NCBI GenBank assembly: GCA_963726855.1
Contig: CAVSEB010000014.1
Coordinates: 2,668-66,667 of the forward strand
Origin: an uncultured Acidimicrobiaceae bacterium
GTDB taxonomy: Bacteria > Actinomycetota > Acidimicrobiia > Acidimicrobiales > RAAP-2
DNA: 64,000 nt
Reading direction: 5' to 3'
The notes under the pieces are model-generated. The model was not told the origin of the DNA and ran no database searches. It saw only the letters and a program-made list of their open reading frames with translations. This document shows positions 46,223-54,945 of this stretch, piece after piece. Made by a program: the position numbers and the translations under genes. Within the stretch, counting starts at the first letter, position 1, and the number at the start of each line of letters is the position of its first letter.

Positions 46223-46229
46223 ATGTTCG
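46216..46229. promoter_or_regulatory. LexA SOS box CGAACATATGTTCG
   Basis: Perfect 14-bp palindrome matching the actinobacterial/Gram-positive SOS box GAAC-N4-GTTC (mycobacterial TCGAAC-N4-GTTCGA). Its centre is the annotated ATG of the helicase. Confidence 0.7.
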
Positions 46230-46539
46230 ATAGTAGCGGATCCGGATCCTTCGAGGCTCGAGTGATCGGGGGACCCTGGGGCTCCTGTTAGCGGATTTCG
46301 GCGACATCAGATTGTCGAGAGATACCCAGAGCTCCGTCTATCGCTGCCAGCGGGTTTGCACCGCACGGCAGTCGAGACCGAACGTTCTACAGACATGCGC
46401 GAGGCCTGTCCGACCCTAAGGTTGAGGCCGTCCACTTCGATGACCTTCTCTCGACGCTCTGGAGATTCGGCGCGTCCAGGATGGGCCTGTCTTGGTGGAG
46501 ACCGTGACGCGTCTAGGCCACGGTGGGTTGGGCGCCGTC

Positions 46540-47295
46540 TCAGATGTCGCCATAGCCATGGACGTCCGATTCGACTGCGAGCGACACCGACGTCATGCGC
46601 AACAAATCAGCAGCTCGCTTCGCCAGTTCGACGAGGGCGGTCACCACTTCTTTCACGATGCCGTCTTGTCGGGGGACCAAGATCTCGCCGAAATCGCCGA
46701 TTCCGCGTAAACCAGGTGGCAGCTCGATCTGGACTCCGTGTGACAAAGGAAGGTTCACCGGGTTGTCAGGATGAAAGCCGAGCCGTACCCGTTCGTCGGC
46801 GACGTGGTAGCCCGCGAAGCGCTGCTCGAACAGGTCACGTGCGGCGCGAAGCAGCGGCGCGTTCAACCCTCCCAGGATGATTCCTCGTAGCGGTCCGGTC
46901 TGTCTCCCACGAACTGCTGGCCCGTACGGTTCGATGATGAGGCCACGGTCGTCGTCGATCCACAGGGCAAAGCCGTCGCGCCCGAACCCATGCACTGAGA
47001 TGGCGACGTCGACATGCTCCAAGAAGGCCCGCAATTGGTCCGAGTCAGCGGGATCGTGCAGTCGAGAGGTCAGGTGAACCCGCAATTCGGATGGATGCAG
47101 GATGGCGTAGTAAGAGGCGCCGGCAGACTCGGCGGCTCCTCTGGCGATCTGTTCGGTCCCCCGGTCCTGCGATCCGCCGTGGAGGGCCATGAAGCCGACG
47201 TTGGAGCGCAGCACGCAATCCTCACGCATCCCGGGCAATGCCAGGAGGTTGGCCAAATCCATCTGCTCAGGTTCGCATGCCGGCGGTCGTGCCAC
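46540..47295 (-). CDS. poly-gamma-glutamate hydrolase-like (DUF867, phage-related) protein
   Basis: FMALHGGSQDRGTEQIA...YYAILHPSELRVHLTSRLHDP...AISVHGF matches the DUF867 pattern. Start uncertain (alternative MDLANLL). Confidence 0.65.
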   Translation of the reverse strand: MARPPACEPEQMDLANLLALPGMREDCVLRSNVGFMALHGGSQDRGTEQIARGAAESAGASYYAILHPSELRVHLTSRLHDPADSDQLRAFLEHVDVAISVHGFGRDGFALWIDDDRGLIIEPYGPAVRGRQTGPLRGIILGGLNAPLLRAARDLFEQRFAGYHVADERVRLGFHPDNPVNLPLSHGVQIELPPGLRGIGDFGEILVPRQDGIVKEVVTALVELAKRAADLLRMTSVSLAVESDVHGYGDI

Positions 47296-47476
47296 TGCCG
47301 CAGATCGCTCGGTTTCGTCTTTCCGTGGAGCTTGAAGCCCCTATGCAGCGTCTATCCAGGCCTGTTTTGCTCGACCGTCTGGTGCGGCACCCGCCAGACT
47401 GGTACGGACCGCTCGCCCCTGGCCCAGTCCCGCAACCCGGGGGGTACCGTCGCAACCGCAAGGAGAGGAAGGTCAC

Positions 47477-48325
47477 ATGGCCACCGATGTGGACGCTTGG
47501 GCGCAGGCTGGCCTGAACTACGAACGCGTGGATGGCGTGGCGTGGCTGCGCTTGAACCGGCCGCAACGGCGGAATGCCATGGACCACTATCCGAGCGGTC
47601 AGGGTCCTGATGGAATGGGATTGCGCGACGCGCTCATAGAAGCCATTCGCGACGCTACCGAGGACAAGTCGGTAAAAGTCGCGGTGATCACGGGCAATGG
47701 TTCGGTGTTCTCGGCTGGCGCAGACCTCAAGGCTGAGGGGTTGGAGATCCCACCGGAGCGCCGGCGGCTTCCGACGGTGGCCCGCGACGACGGAATCATT
47801 CATGGCTGGTACCGCCTGCTGGAATCGATCTGGCGCAGTGAAACTCCGTTCATTGCCGCAGTCAACGGGCCTGCCATCGGGGCGGGATGCCAGCTCGCCC
47901 TATCGTGCGATCTGATCTACGCGTCCGAGAGCGCCACCTTCTGGGAGATCTTCGCCCGAATCGGACTGCCGCTCGAGGGCGGAGCGGCATGGCTGTTGAC
48001 CAGGTCCCTCAGCCTTGCGCTGGCCAAGGAAATGGCCCTGCTGAGTGAGCCTTTGAGCGCCAAGAAGGCGTTCGAGTGGCGGCTGATCAATGGGTGCGTA
48101 CCCGCCGAGCAGCTCGAGACGGTGGCTGCCGATGTGGCCCGGAAACTGGCGACGCTCGAGGCCCCATCGAAGGGTCCGGCGGCGTCTGGAGAGAGCCGTG
48201 ACGTCAGTGCCCGCCTGGGGCATATCAAGGGCCAGCTGAACGCCGCTTGGGAACAATCAATGTGGCAGACGTTTCGAGAAGAAGCGGCCCTACTCAACAT
48301 GCCGGCGGGAGATGTGTCGGAATAA
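47477..48325 (+). CDS. enoyl-CoA hydratase/isomerase (crotonase) family protein
   Basis: LNRPQRRNAM..., VITGNGSVFSAGADLK, AAVNGPAIGAGCQLALSCDL. Confidence 0.88.
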   Translation: MATDVDAWAQAGLNYERVDGVAWLRLNRPQRRNAMDHYPSGQGPDGMGLRDALIEAIRDATEDKSVKVAVITGNGSVFSAGADLKAEGLEIPPERRRLPTVARDDGIIHGWYRLLESIWRSETPFIAAVNGPAIGAGCQLALSCDLIYASESATFWEIFARIGLPLEGGAAWLLTRSLSLALAKEMALLSEPLSAKKAFEWRLINGCVPAEQLETVAADVARKLATLEAPSKGPAASGESRDVSARLGHIKGQLNAAWEQSMWQTFREEAALLNMPAGDVSE

Positions 48326-48573
48326 AAGATGCCGCGAGCGCTTCGATGCCCTCGGCTGGGGTGGAATTGTCATGAGACGGTGCATATGAGGCCTCCCCTG
48401 GCGCCGCAGAGGTAGGGGGGTTCAACCCCAATAGTGCTTTGGGCTCATGACAGCGGCGGTGCGGCGGGTTGATCATGGGGACCGAGAGACCGGTTCGGGG
48501 CGAACTCAACGCGGACGTGGCGTCCATCTCGACCAAGGTCTACGGCTTCGCGTCGTCGTTATGGGGGAATTGA

Positions 48574-49311
48574 ATGAGACGTTCGGTGAGCTCGACGGTG
48601 GGCTGCGGGGTGATCACCTTCGGTTGCTTTATCAGCCTTGGTGTGTGCGCGCCTTCGGCCGGGGCATCGGGCCAGCAGCCACCAGTGTCCACCCTGTTGT
48701 TGAAGGCAATCGCCGATGCAGACAGCGCCGGATGGGTCCACGAGGTGACCGTCGACGCCGGCAAGGGTCATCGAGTCTCTATGGACGACGACGTCGGCAC
48801 GTCGTCGGGCCGCCAAGTAATCGACGACAACGGCGGCCACATGACCGTTCTCGTCGTCGAAGGGCTCGCTTACGTCCAAGGGGACTCAAGAGCACTCGAG
48901 CGCGACCTCGGAGCTCCCTCGGCAGACGCTGTGCGATTGGCCGGACAGTGGCTGTCCATCCCCTCGACGAATCAGCTCTTTGGCGTGGTGAGCGACGCCG
49001 TCACCATGAAATCGGACTTCAGCCAAGCTCGGCTGATCGGGCCCCTCAGTACGGGTAGAGAGATGCGGATCGGCGGGACGCCGGCGATTCCTATTACTGG
49101 CACCGTCCCGGGTGGACCCCTCGGGCAGCACGTCACTGGCACCCTCTATGTGTCCGCGGGAAGCAAATCGCTGCCCCTCGAGTTCCGCATCTCTAGTGGT
49201 GGGATTACCGACGAGACGCGCTGGACGAAGTGGGGCCATGCGGAATTCCTGGCCGCCCCCAAGGATCCGATTTCACTGGGCGCCGGAGGATCTTCGCAAC
49301 CAAGCACTTGA
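48574..49311 (+). CDS. secreted hypothetical protein
   Basis: Signal peptide MRRSVSSTVGCGVITFGCFISLGVCAPSAGA. No family recognised. Confidence 0.65.
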   Translation: MRRSVSSTVGCGVITFGCFISLGVCAPSAGASGQQPPVSTLLLKAIADADSAGWVHEVTVDAGKGHRVSMDDDVGTSSGRQVIDDNGGHMTVLVVEGLAYVQGDSRALERDLGAPSADAVRLAGQWLSIPSTNQLFGVVSDAVTMKSDFSQARLIGPLSTGREMRIGGTPAIPITGTVPGGPLGQHVTGTLYVSAGSKSLPLEFRISSGGITDETRWTKWGHAEFLAAPKDPISLGAGGSSQPST

Positions 49312-49350
49312 GTGTTGGCTGCGGCGTCCATACTTCGGAGGGGGACTCCT

Positions 49351-50473
49351 GTGGGTCGGTTGACATGGACGACCGTGGCTGTCGGGCTCGCTCTTTCGGT
49401 GACCCTCGTTGGCGCCCAATCAGCGGCGGCGAAGACCTCTTCAGGATCGGCGATCCCGACCACGACCCCGATACCGCAATGGGTGACGCCAATCGTGGAT
49501 CAGCCGGCTCCAGCCACTGGTGACCTCGCCCCGGCATTGTGGTGGGGCAGGACCGGCGACGGGCCGATCATCACCGTCTCGCAGGCGGAGACGATCTTCG
49601 ATGCCGAATGGTCTCTCAGGTTTGAGGCGTTCCACAGCGAAGACCCCTCCGTCGTCGGTGCATTCGAAGCCGGATCAGCACGGGAGGCCGACGAGGTGAT
49701 CTGCAATACCTGCACTTCGCTCGAGTTGCGCGGCAATATCAAGGCCTTACGGCTTCTGGTCCCGGACACCAGCACCTTTCCCGACGCATTCCTCGGCGAA
49801 GCGATCACGACGATCAAGGGCTCGCCCTACACCCAGTACCTCGTCATTCGGCGCCAATCCGCTTCGACACCTTGGGTGGTCGTGGCCGACCCGGGCCAGC
49901 GAGGAACCACGAAGCTCCTTAACGCCCGGCATGGACGAGACGGGTTCGACCCAGCCCCGAATTCTGTTGGTGACGCCCAGCTGCCGGCCGACACTCGCCG
50001 CCTACTGGCAGAGCTGGGTGTATCGGGGCCATCCACCCGCTAATGCTCCCTTTGCGCCGGGACGGTGGACAACCGTCAACGGAGCAAAACTGGCAAAGGC
50101 GCCACCGGGGTCGCTGACGTCCTTCAACGGATTGATCGCCCGATATCGCTACCGAGCTGGCGGCGCGGATGAGAGCTGGAGCTTCTCGGTGGCTGGCGGC
50201 ACGCTGACCTGTGGTGTCGTCCGCTACCAGACCACCTGGTCCGCCTTGGGCGGCTATGACTGGCAACCGCCGGACCAGACGAACTGGGGCCCGAACGTCG
50301 CTCCAGGTTTCTACAGCGATGTGGTCGAAACCCAGATCGCCCAACCGTGCTTCGTCGACCGACCGGGACACCACGTCAGTGTGCTATTCGGCGGAATGGA
50401 CCCCGAGACACTCCAGGGCCAGGGCCTTGTCCCGACTCCGACCGGTAGTCCGACTGGTTCGCAGACGGCCTGA
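49351..50473 (+). CDS. secreted hypothetical protein, frame-broken as sequenced
   Basis: GGAGGGGG sits 7 nt before the GTG at 49351. Signal peptide VGRLTWTTVAVGLALSVTLVGAQSAAA. It continues in ORF 49931..50473 (TLAAYWQSWVYRGHPP...). Break near 49985-49996. Confidence 0.6.
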
Positions 50474-50641
50474 ATCCCACGACGGTCGGACTGGGCCGAG
50501 TTGTAGAGGCCTAGCGGGGTTTTGTCGGGAATTGGATCGTCGGCAATTGGAATTGCCCATCGAATCGCTGGCGCCCGAAGTGCGGTCTGCCCAGACCTGG
50601 ACAAGACCGCATCATCAGCGCCAGTCCACCGAACCCGCTGA

Positions 50642-50896
50642 ACACTCTGGACATTCCGAATGGGTCTCCGGAAACCGGACAAAACCGGGGCGCTCGTCTC
50701 GACTCTGCGCATCGATGTGAAACCGTTCGTGTGGACCCGCGATGGCGGGAGATTCAGATCGTGTGGCGCTTCGTCTGAGCTCCAGTTCGACCACGTAATT
50801 CCGGTGACTTTGGGTGCAACGACAACAGAGCAGAACCTGCAGATTTTGCGCGGACCCCGCAATCGTCGTCAGGGCGCTGGGCTGAGAACGCCATGA
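50642..50896 (+). pseudogene. decayed HNH endonuclease
   Basis: VWTRDGGRFRSCGASSELQFDHVIPVTLGATTTEQNLQILRGPRNRRQGAGL. The HNH core is recognisable, but three of the four zinc-ligand Cys positions read F, R, R, and GG reads GA. The N-terminal part is in another frame. Confidence 0.6.
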
Positions 50897-50937
50897 GCTA
50901 AAGGCAGTGAGACTCTCTGACCTGCCAATTTCTGAAG

Positions 50938-51009
50938 CGCCCCCGGAAGGATTCGAACCTTCGCACACGGTTTAGGAAACCGATGCTCTATCCCCTGAGC
51001 TACGGGGGC
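50938..51009 (-). tRNA. tRNA-Arg (anticodon CCT)
   Basis: Hand-folded 72-nt cloverleaf. Acceptor GCCCCCG/CGGGGGC. D arm GCTC-AGGGGATA-GAGC. Anticodon loop TTCCTAA. T arm GAAGG-TTCGAAT-CCTTC. Discriminator G. Confidence 0.9.
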
Positions 51010-51099
51010 CGCGTCTTGCTGAACTGCACTTTTACGTCCTGAGCTACAGCGACACTCCCCAAAAGTGCAACTTTTTGCAACTCTTGTACGCTGGGACAA

Positions 51100-52259
51100 A
51101 TGACACGCAGACAAGACTACGGGACGGGCACACTGCGACTGGTGGCGCCGAGGAAGTGGCAACTTCGCATTTACGCAGGTCGGACGGCCGAGGGCAAGGT
51201 TCGACACGTGAACCGCACCTTCACCGGCACAGAGACGCAGGCACGCCGGGAGCTGGCACGTCTGAGCGCCGAGCTTCTGAGGGGCCAGATCAGCATCTCG
51301 GGTCGCGAACCGTTCGGCGATCTGCTTGATCGCTGGTTGGAGCAGATCGAGCCGACTCGCCGACCCAAGACCATCGCCGAATACAGGGCGAAGATTGAGC
51401 ATCGCATCCGGCCGGCGCTCGGGTCGACCCGAATCGACCGCATCAAACCTGCCCAGCTCGACGCCCAGTACCGGCAGTGGCTGGACGAGGGCCTCTCCCC
51501 CACAACCGTGCATCACCACCACGCCATCATCTCGACGGCGCTGAGTCAGGCGGAACGGTGGCAGTTGATCACGGCCAACCCCGCCCGGCTCGCATCTCCG
51601 CCACGGATGCGCCAAGCACAACTGATCATCCCCGAACCGTCACAGCTCCTCGACCTGATCGCAGGCGCCGAGGAGCGCGAGGATCACTCACTCGCCACCG
51701 CAATGGCTCTCGCAGCACTGACGGGCGCACGGCGTGGCGAGCTGTGCGCCCTGCGGTGGTCGGACGTCGACCTGACCGCAGGCACGGTGCGGATCGCCCG
51801 CTCGCTGACTGTTGTCGGAGCTGAGGTCTACATCGGCCCGACCAAGACGCATGCTGTTCGGGTGGTGGCGCTCGGAGACGCTGGCGTTGCCACGCTCATG
51901 CGTCGGCGCTTGCGGATGGAAGAGTTCGCGGCGAGGTCGGTGTTCCTCTTGACTCCGACCCCTTGGTCCTGAGCGACGTGCCCCGATCAGATCATCATTT
52001 GATGCCGGATCGGGTGTCGCAGCGGTTTACCAAACTGTGCCGGACGCTCGGCGTGCACTTCCGCTTTCACGACCTGCGACACTTCGCCGCCACTCAGCTC
52101 ATCGGGGCCGGGGTGGACGTGAGAACCGTGGCAAACCGCCTCGGACATGCTGACACCTCGACTACTACGAACATCTACGCTCACCCGCTCTCCGAGCGGG
52201 ACGAACACGCTGCCAACGTGCTTGGCGCCCTGCTACCAGCTGCGACGCCTGACGAATAA
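51100..52259 (+). CDS. tyrosine-type site-specific integrase, frame-broken as sequenced
   Basis: N-terminal SAM-like/core-binding part, ...ALTGARRGELCALRWSDVDL... (catalytic Arg). The C-terminus HDLRHFAATQLIGAGVDVRTVANRLGHADTSTTTNIYAH (HxxR...H...Y) is in ORF 51963..52259. Break near 51930-51938. Lies 90 bp from tRNA-Arg. Confidence 0.88.
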
Positions 52260-52446
52260 CAACGCCCCAGCTGCGGGAGTGCGTCCCTAGCGTGCGGGAG
52301 CGGTAGGCGACGTCTCAGATGTCGCTGGCGATCATGGCCACCGACCAGTCCTTGAACGACGATGCACCCTCTGAGGTGGGCTTCTGCGTATTGTGTGCCC
52401 GCTGGTTCAACTGGGGACGAGCTGTGTGCAGCAGGAGTGCCATCAA

Positions 52447-53052
52447 ATGACCAGCCTTCCTCCACCTCCGCCCGCCCCGCCGACAATCCAATCAGCGCCG
52501 AAGAAGCCCATCTACAAGAAGTGGTGGGCCTGGGCGATTGTTGTGGTGCTCATCATCGTCATCGCTGCGGCGGCTGGTGGCAGCAAGAAAAAGAACAACG
52601 ACGCTTCGTCCACGACGACAACCGCAGCGGCTCAGGCTGCAGCGGCCACCAGTACGGTCCCGACGACGACGCTGCCTCCGCCTCCGACGACCACCACACT
52701 GCCGCCAGCCCCGACGACCACGACGACCACGGCCCCACCCCTGACACAGCAGCAGCAGAGCGCAGTTGCGTCAGCCAAGCAGTACCTGAGCACGTCGGCA
52801 TTTTCGCAGCAGGGTCTCATTGACCAACTGGACTCGGCGGCTGGCAGTGGGTATTCGGTCAACGATGCGACCGTTGCTGTTGACAGCCTCACGGTGAACT
52901 GGAACGCCGAGGCCGTGCAAGCGGCCAAGAACTACCTGAAGATTCAGCCGTTCTCGTGCGCCGACTTGATCCAACAACTGGACTCGTCGGCTGGTGACCA
53001 GTACACAGTCGCTCAGGCTACGTATGGAGCGCAACAGGCAGGCGACTGCTAG
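52447..53052 (+). CDS. membrane-anchored protein with two Ltp-type (host cell surface-exposed lipoprotein) repeats
   Basis: TM anchor KKWWAWAIVVVLIIVIAAAAGG, then a T/P-rich linker. Two repeats: QQSAVASAKQYLSTSAFSQQGLIDQLDSAAGSGYSVNDATVAVDSLTVNWNAEA and VQAAKNYLKIQPFSCADLIQQLDSSAGDQYTVAQATYG. These match the Ltp repeat pattern. Confidence 0.75.
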   Translation: MTSLPPPPPAPPTIQSAPKKPIYKKWWAWAIVVVLIIVIAAAAGGSKKKNNDASSTTTTAAAQAAAATSTVPTTTLPPPPTTTTLPPAPTTTTTTAPPLTQQQQSAVASAKQYLSTSAFSQQGLIDQLDSAAGSGYSVNDATVAVDSLTVNWNAEAVQAAKNYLKIQPFSCADLIQQLDSSAGDQYTVAQATYGAQQAGDC

Positions 53053-53083
53053 GGCTTTCGTGGCGATCTTGTCGGGGCTGACG

Positions 53084-53551
53084 TCAGGCAGCCGCAACGT
53101 GTAGATCTATCTCATCCAGATAATCCTGAAGCCAGCGCAGCGCCTGCCGGGCAACGTCCCGCGGGTCCTGCCCGGCAAATGTGACTTCGTTGATTTGGTA
53201 GGTGGTCTCCGAGTAGGGGATGCTTCCGACGCCTACGCCCTGCACAGTCACATGCTGGCCCGCGGATGTTTGTATTGGTGAGCGATGAGATTGCGGTCCT
53301 CGTGGATGAAGTCCCAGAAAATAAGTGGCTCTGGCTTTGCGGCCTTTCGCTCGTCTCGCATCTCCAGGATGATCCGCCTGAGCTTTCGGTCTCCCATGAT
53401 ATCGACTGTCTCTAGGACCCACAGGACTGTTCGGAAGAGCACTACGGCCGCTGTCCAGCGCCGTCGCCATAGGTGAGCCCTGAATGTCTCCGACCAGATC
53501 ATCCACCGTTTCACGGGCGTCTGATAGGACCGGGCGCGCATTTGTGGTCAT
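53084..53551 (-). CDS. HEPN-like (RNxxxHxY motif) small protein, apparently frame-broken
   Basis: GGAG precedes the ATG at 53551 (frame 1). The middle part, in the frame of ORF 53248..53541, reads ...VLWVLETVDIMGDRKLRRIILEMRDERKAAKPEPLIFWDFIHEDRNLIAHQYKHP. The tail returns to frame 1 (...TYQINEVTFAGQDPRDVARQALRWLQDYLDEID). Family assignment is tentative. Confidence 0.45.
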   Translation of the reverse strand: MTTNARPVLSDARETVDDLVGDIQGSPMATALDSGRSALPNSPVGPRDSRYHGRPKAQADHPGDARRAKGRKARATYFLGLHPRGPQSHRSPIQTSAGQHVTVQGVGVGSIPYSETTYQINEVTFAGQDPRDVARQALRWLQDYLDEIDLHVAAA

Positions 53552-53867
53552 CGCCCAAACTCCTGACGGCTGTAAGACCCTCTAAGTGGTGCGGACAGCT
53601 CCACACCCGCCAACAGCGGTCACCCATTGCGGGAGCGAACCACCGACCCGTGATCGGCGTACGCAGAACCTCCACCAGTCCTTCATTGGACAAGCGGAGG
53701 CTCTGCGCACGCGTTAGATGCAACAGCTGCAGTCAGTCCGTCATCAGCAGGCTGACGAAGCGCCGGGAGTAAGGGTCGAGCCGGCGAACTTCCCCACACC
53801 CAACAAGTTCACCTTGCCGCTGTAATCGCCAAGGGCGCTCGAGTACGTGCCCACAAATGTCGCAGTG

Positions 53868-54182
53868 TTAGGGATAGACAAGAGCGAGTGTGGTATGTCG
53901 GCTTAATCCACGTGCCGGTGAAGCCGGAGTCAGTGGTGACCACGAAGCCTGACGCGCAAACGTCTCGACGTTGCACCCTTCCCCCGGGAGTTGAGCGTCC
54001 AGACCGAACCAGGCCTCATCTTGGCGGCCGGGGACACGGCCGGAGCGTCCGCAGCGCGTGAACCTGGCCACGAACGGAGTAGCTGCTCCCCCTGACGGGG
54101 CCAGGACCGAAGCGCCAGCCAGGCCAAGTGTGAGGACTCCTGCCACTGCTGCTGATGAAACCGCCAAACGCCTCATTTGCAT
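53868..54182 (-). CDS. small secreted protein (signal peptide); probably extends to about 53744 through frame breaks
   Basis: GAAGGGG precedes the ATG. MQMRRLAVSSAAVAGVLTLGLAGASVLA signal. Protein-like continuations VVTTDSGFTGTWIK and IPNTATFVGTYSSALGDYSGKVNLLGVGKFAGSTLTPGASSAC lie in the other two frames. Confidence 0.5.
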   Translation of the reverse strand: MQMRRLAVSSAAVAGVLTLGLAGASVLAPSGGAATPFVARFTRCGRSGRVPGRQDEAWFGLDAQLPGEGCNVETFARQASWSPLTPASPARGLSRHTTLALVYP

Positions 54183-54357
54183 CCCCTTCGACCCCAGGAA
54201 TTGTGGCAAAGGATTTCCTTGATCCCACCAGGGCCGGGACGACCCTCCAAGGCCAGTTGCATGTGACCACATTATTGAAATCGCGTCAAGAGAATTGAGG
54301 TGTCAGCGCGAGGGCAAACCTTGCCGGACCGAGTTCTCACTCGTATCGCGGTTGCGA

Positions 54358-54489
54358 TCAGTCTTCGGGTCGGTTGCACTCCGTGCATTCGTTCCCCGTT
54401 GCCGGCTCGACGTCGATCACTTCGCTGGCGCGGAAGATGATGCCGTCACGGTCCCACTCTGCGGCGTGTGTTGCGCAAATTTTCATCAT
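54358..54489 (-). CDS. candidate 43-aa Cys/His-containing small protein
   Basis: GAGGAG sits 7 nt before the ATGATG. Encodes MMKICATHAAEWDRDGIIFRASEVIDVEPATGNECTECNRPED. CxxH...CxxC spacing suggests a small zinc ribbon; this is an inference. Confidence 0.4.
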   Translation of the reverse strand: MMKICATHAAEWDRDGIIFRASEVIDVEPATGNECTECNRPED

Positions 54490-54653
54490 GTATCGCTCCT
54501 CACTCGTTGGTCTGCAGCGAGTATGAGCTGCCGAAAATCGCGGCGTCAATGAACTGCGACACTGAGACGGACAACTTCTCTGCCACCTGCACTTGCCGCC
54601 GTGAACGGTCTTACTCGGCGACGCTGTACCACGACACAATGACGTATAGACGG

Positions 54654-54697
54654 CGAAACGCCGCCACCCAATCACCGGGCGGCGGCGTTTCGTTTTG
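54654..54697 (+). terminator. intrinsic-terminator-like hairpin with T-tract
   Basis: 12-bp perfect stem CGAAACGCCGCC...GGCGGCGTTTCG followed by TTTTG on the plus strand. No convincing plus-strand gene lies upstream. Confidence 0.5.
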
Positions 54698-54863
54698 CAC
54701 CACGGACGGAGGATGTTCGCCGTGATGGTGGTTACCGGATCAACGGTGCCACGCTGGGGCATCGGCACGGCACCGAGAGTAGGCGTCCCTCAGCTCGCCT
54801 CAGCAAGTTCTGCACGCACTTGCCCCCAACAACTCGCCCAGTCCACGGTCAGGTAGGCCCCGA

Positions 54864-54899
54864 GACCGTCATGACGCCACACTCGGCGCCATGACGGTC
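54864..54899 (-). terminator. hairpin downstream of the secreted-protein gene
   Basis: Perfect 10-bp inverted repeat GACCGTCATG-16 nt-CATGACGGTC, about 50 nt after the stop at 54946. No U-tract. Confidence 0.45.
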
Positions 54900-54945
54900 C
54901 GTGACCAGTCGGGCTCGGTGGATACCCGTCGCTCTAAGAGACGAC

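Noticed and set aside
48395-48435. tRNA T-arm-like sequence AGGTAGGGGGGTTCAACCCCAATAG between the crotonase and secreted-protein genes.
   Set aside because: Only a short GGGG-TTCAA-CCCC hairpin is present. There are no acceptor, D or anticodon arms, and it does not match the 3' end of tRNA-Arg. There is not enough to call an att remnant.
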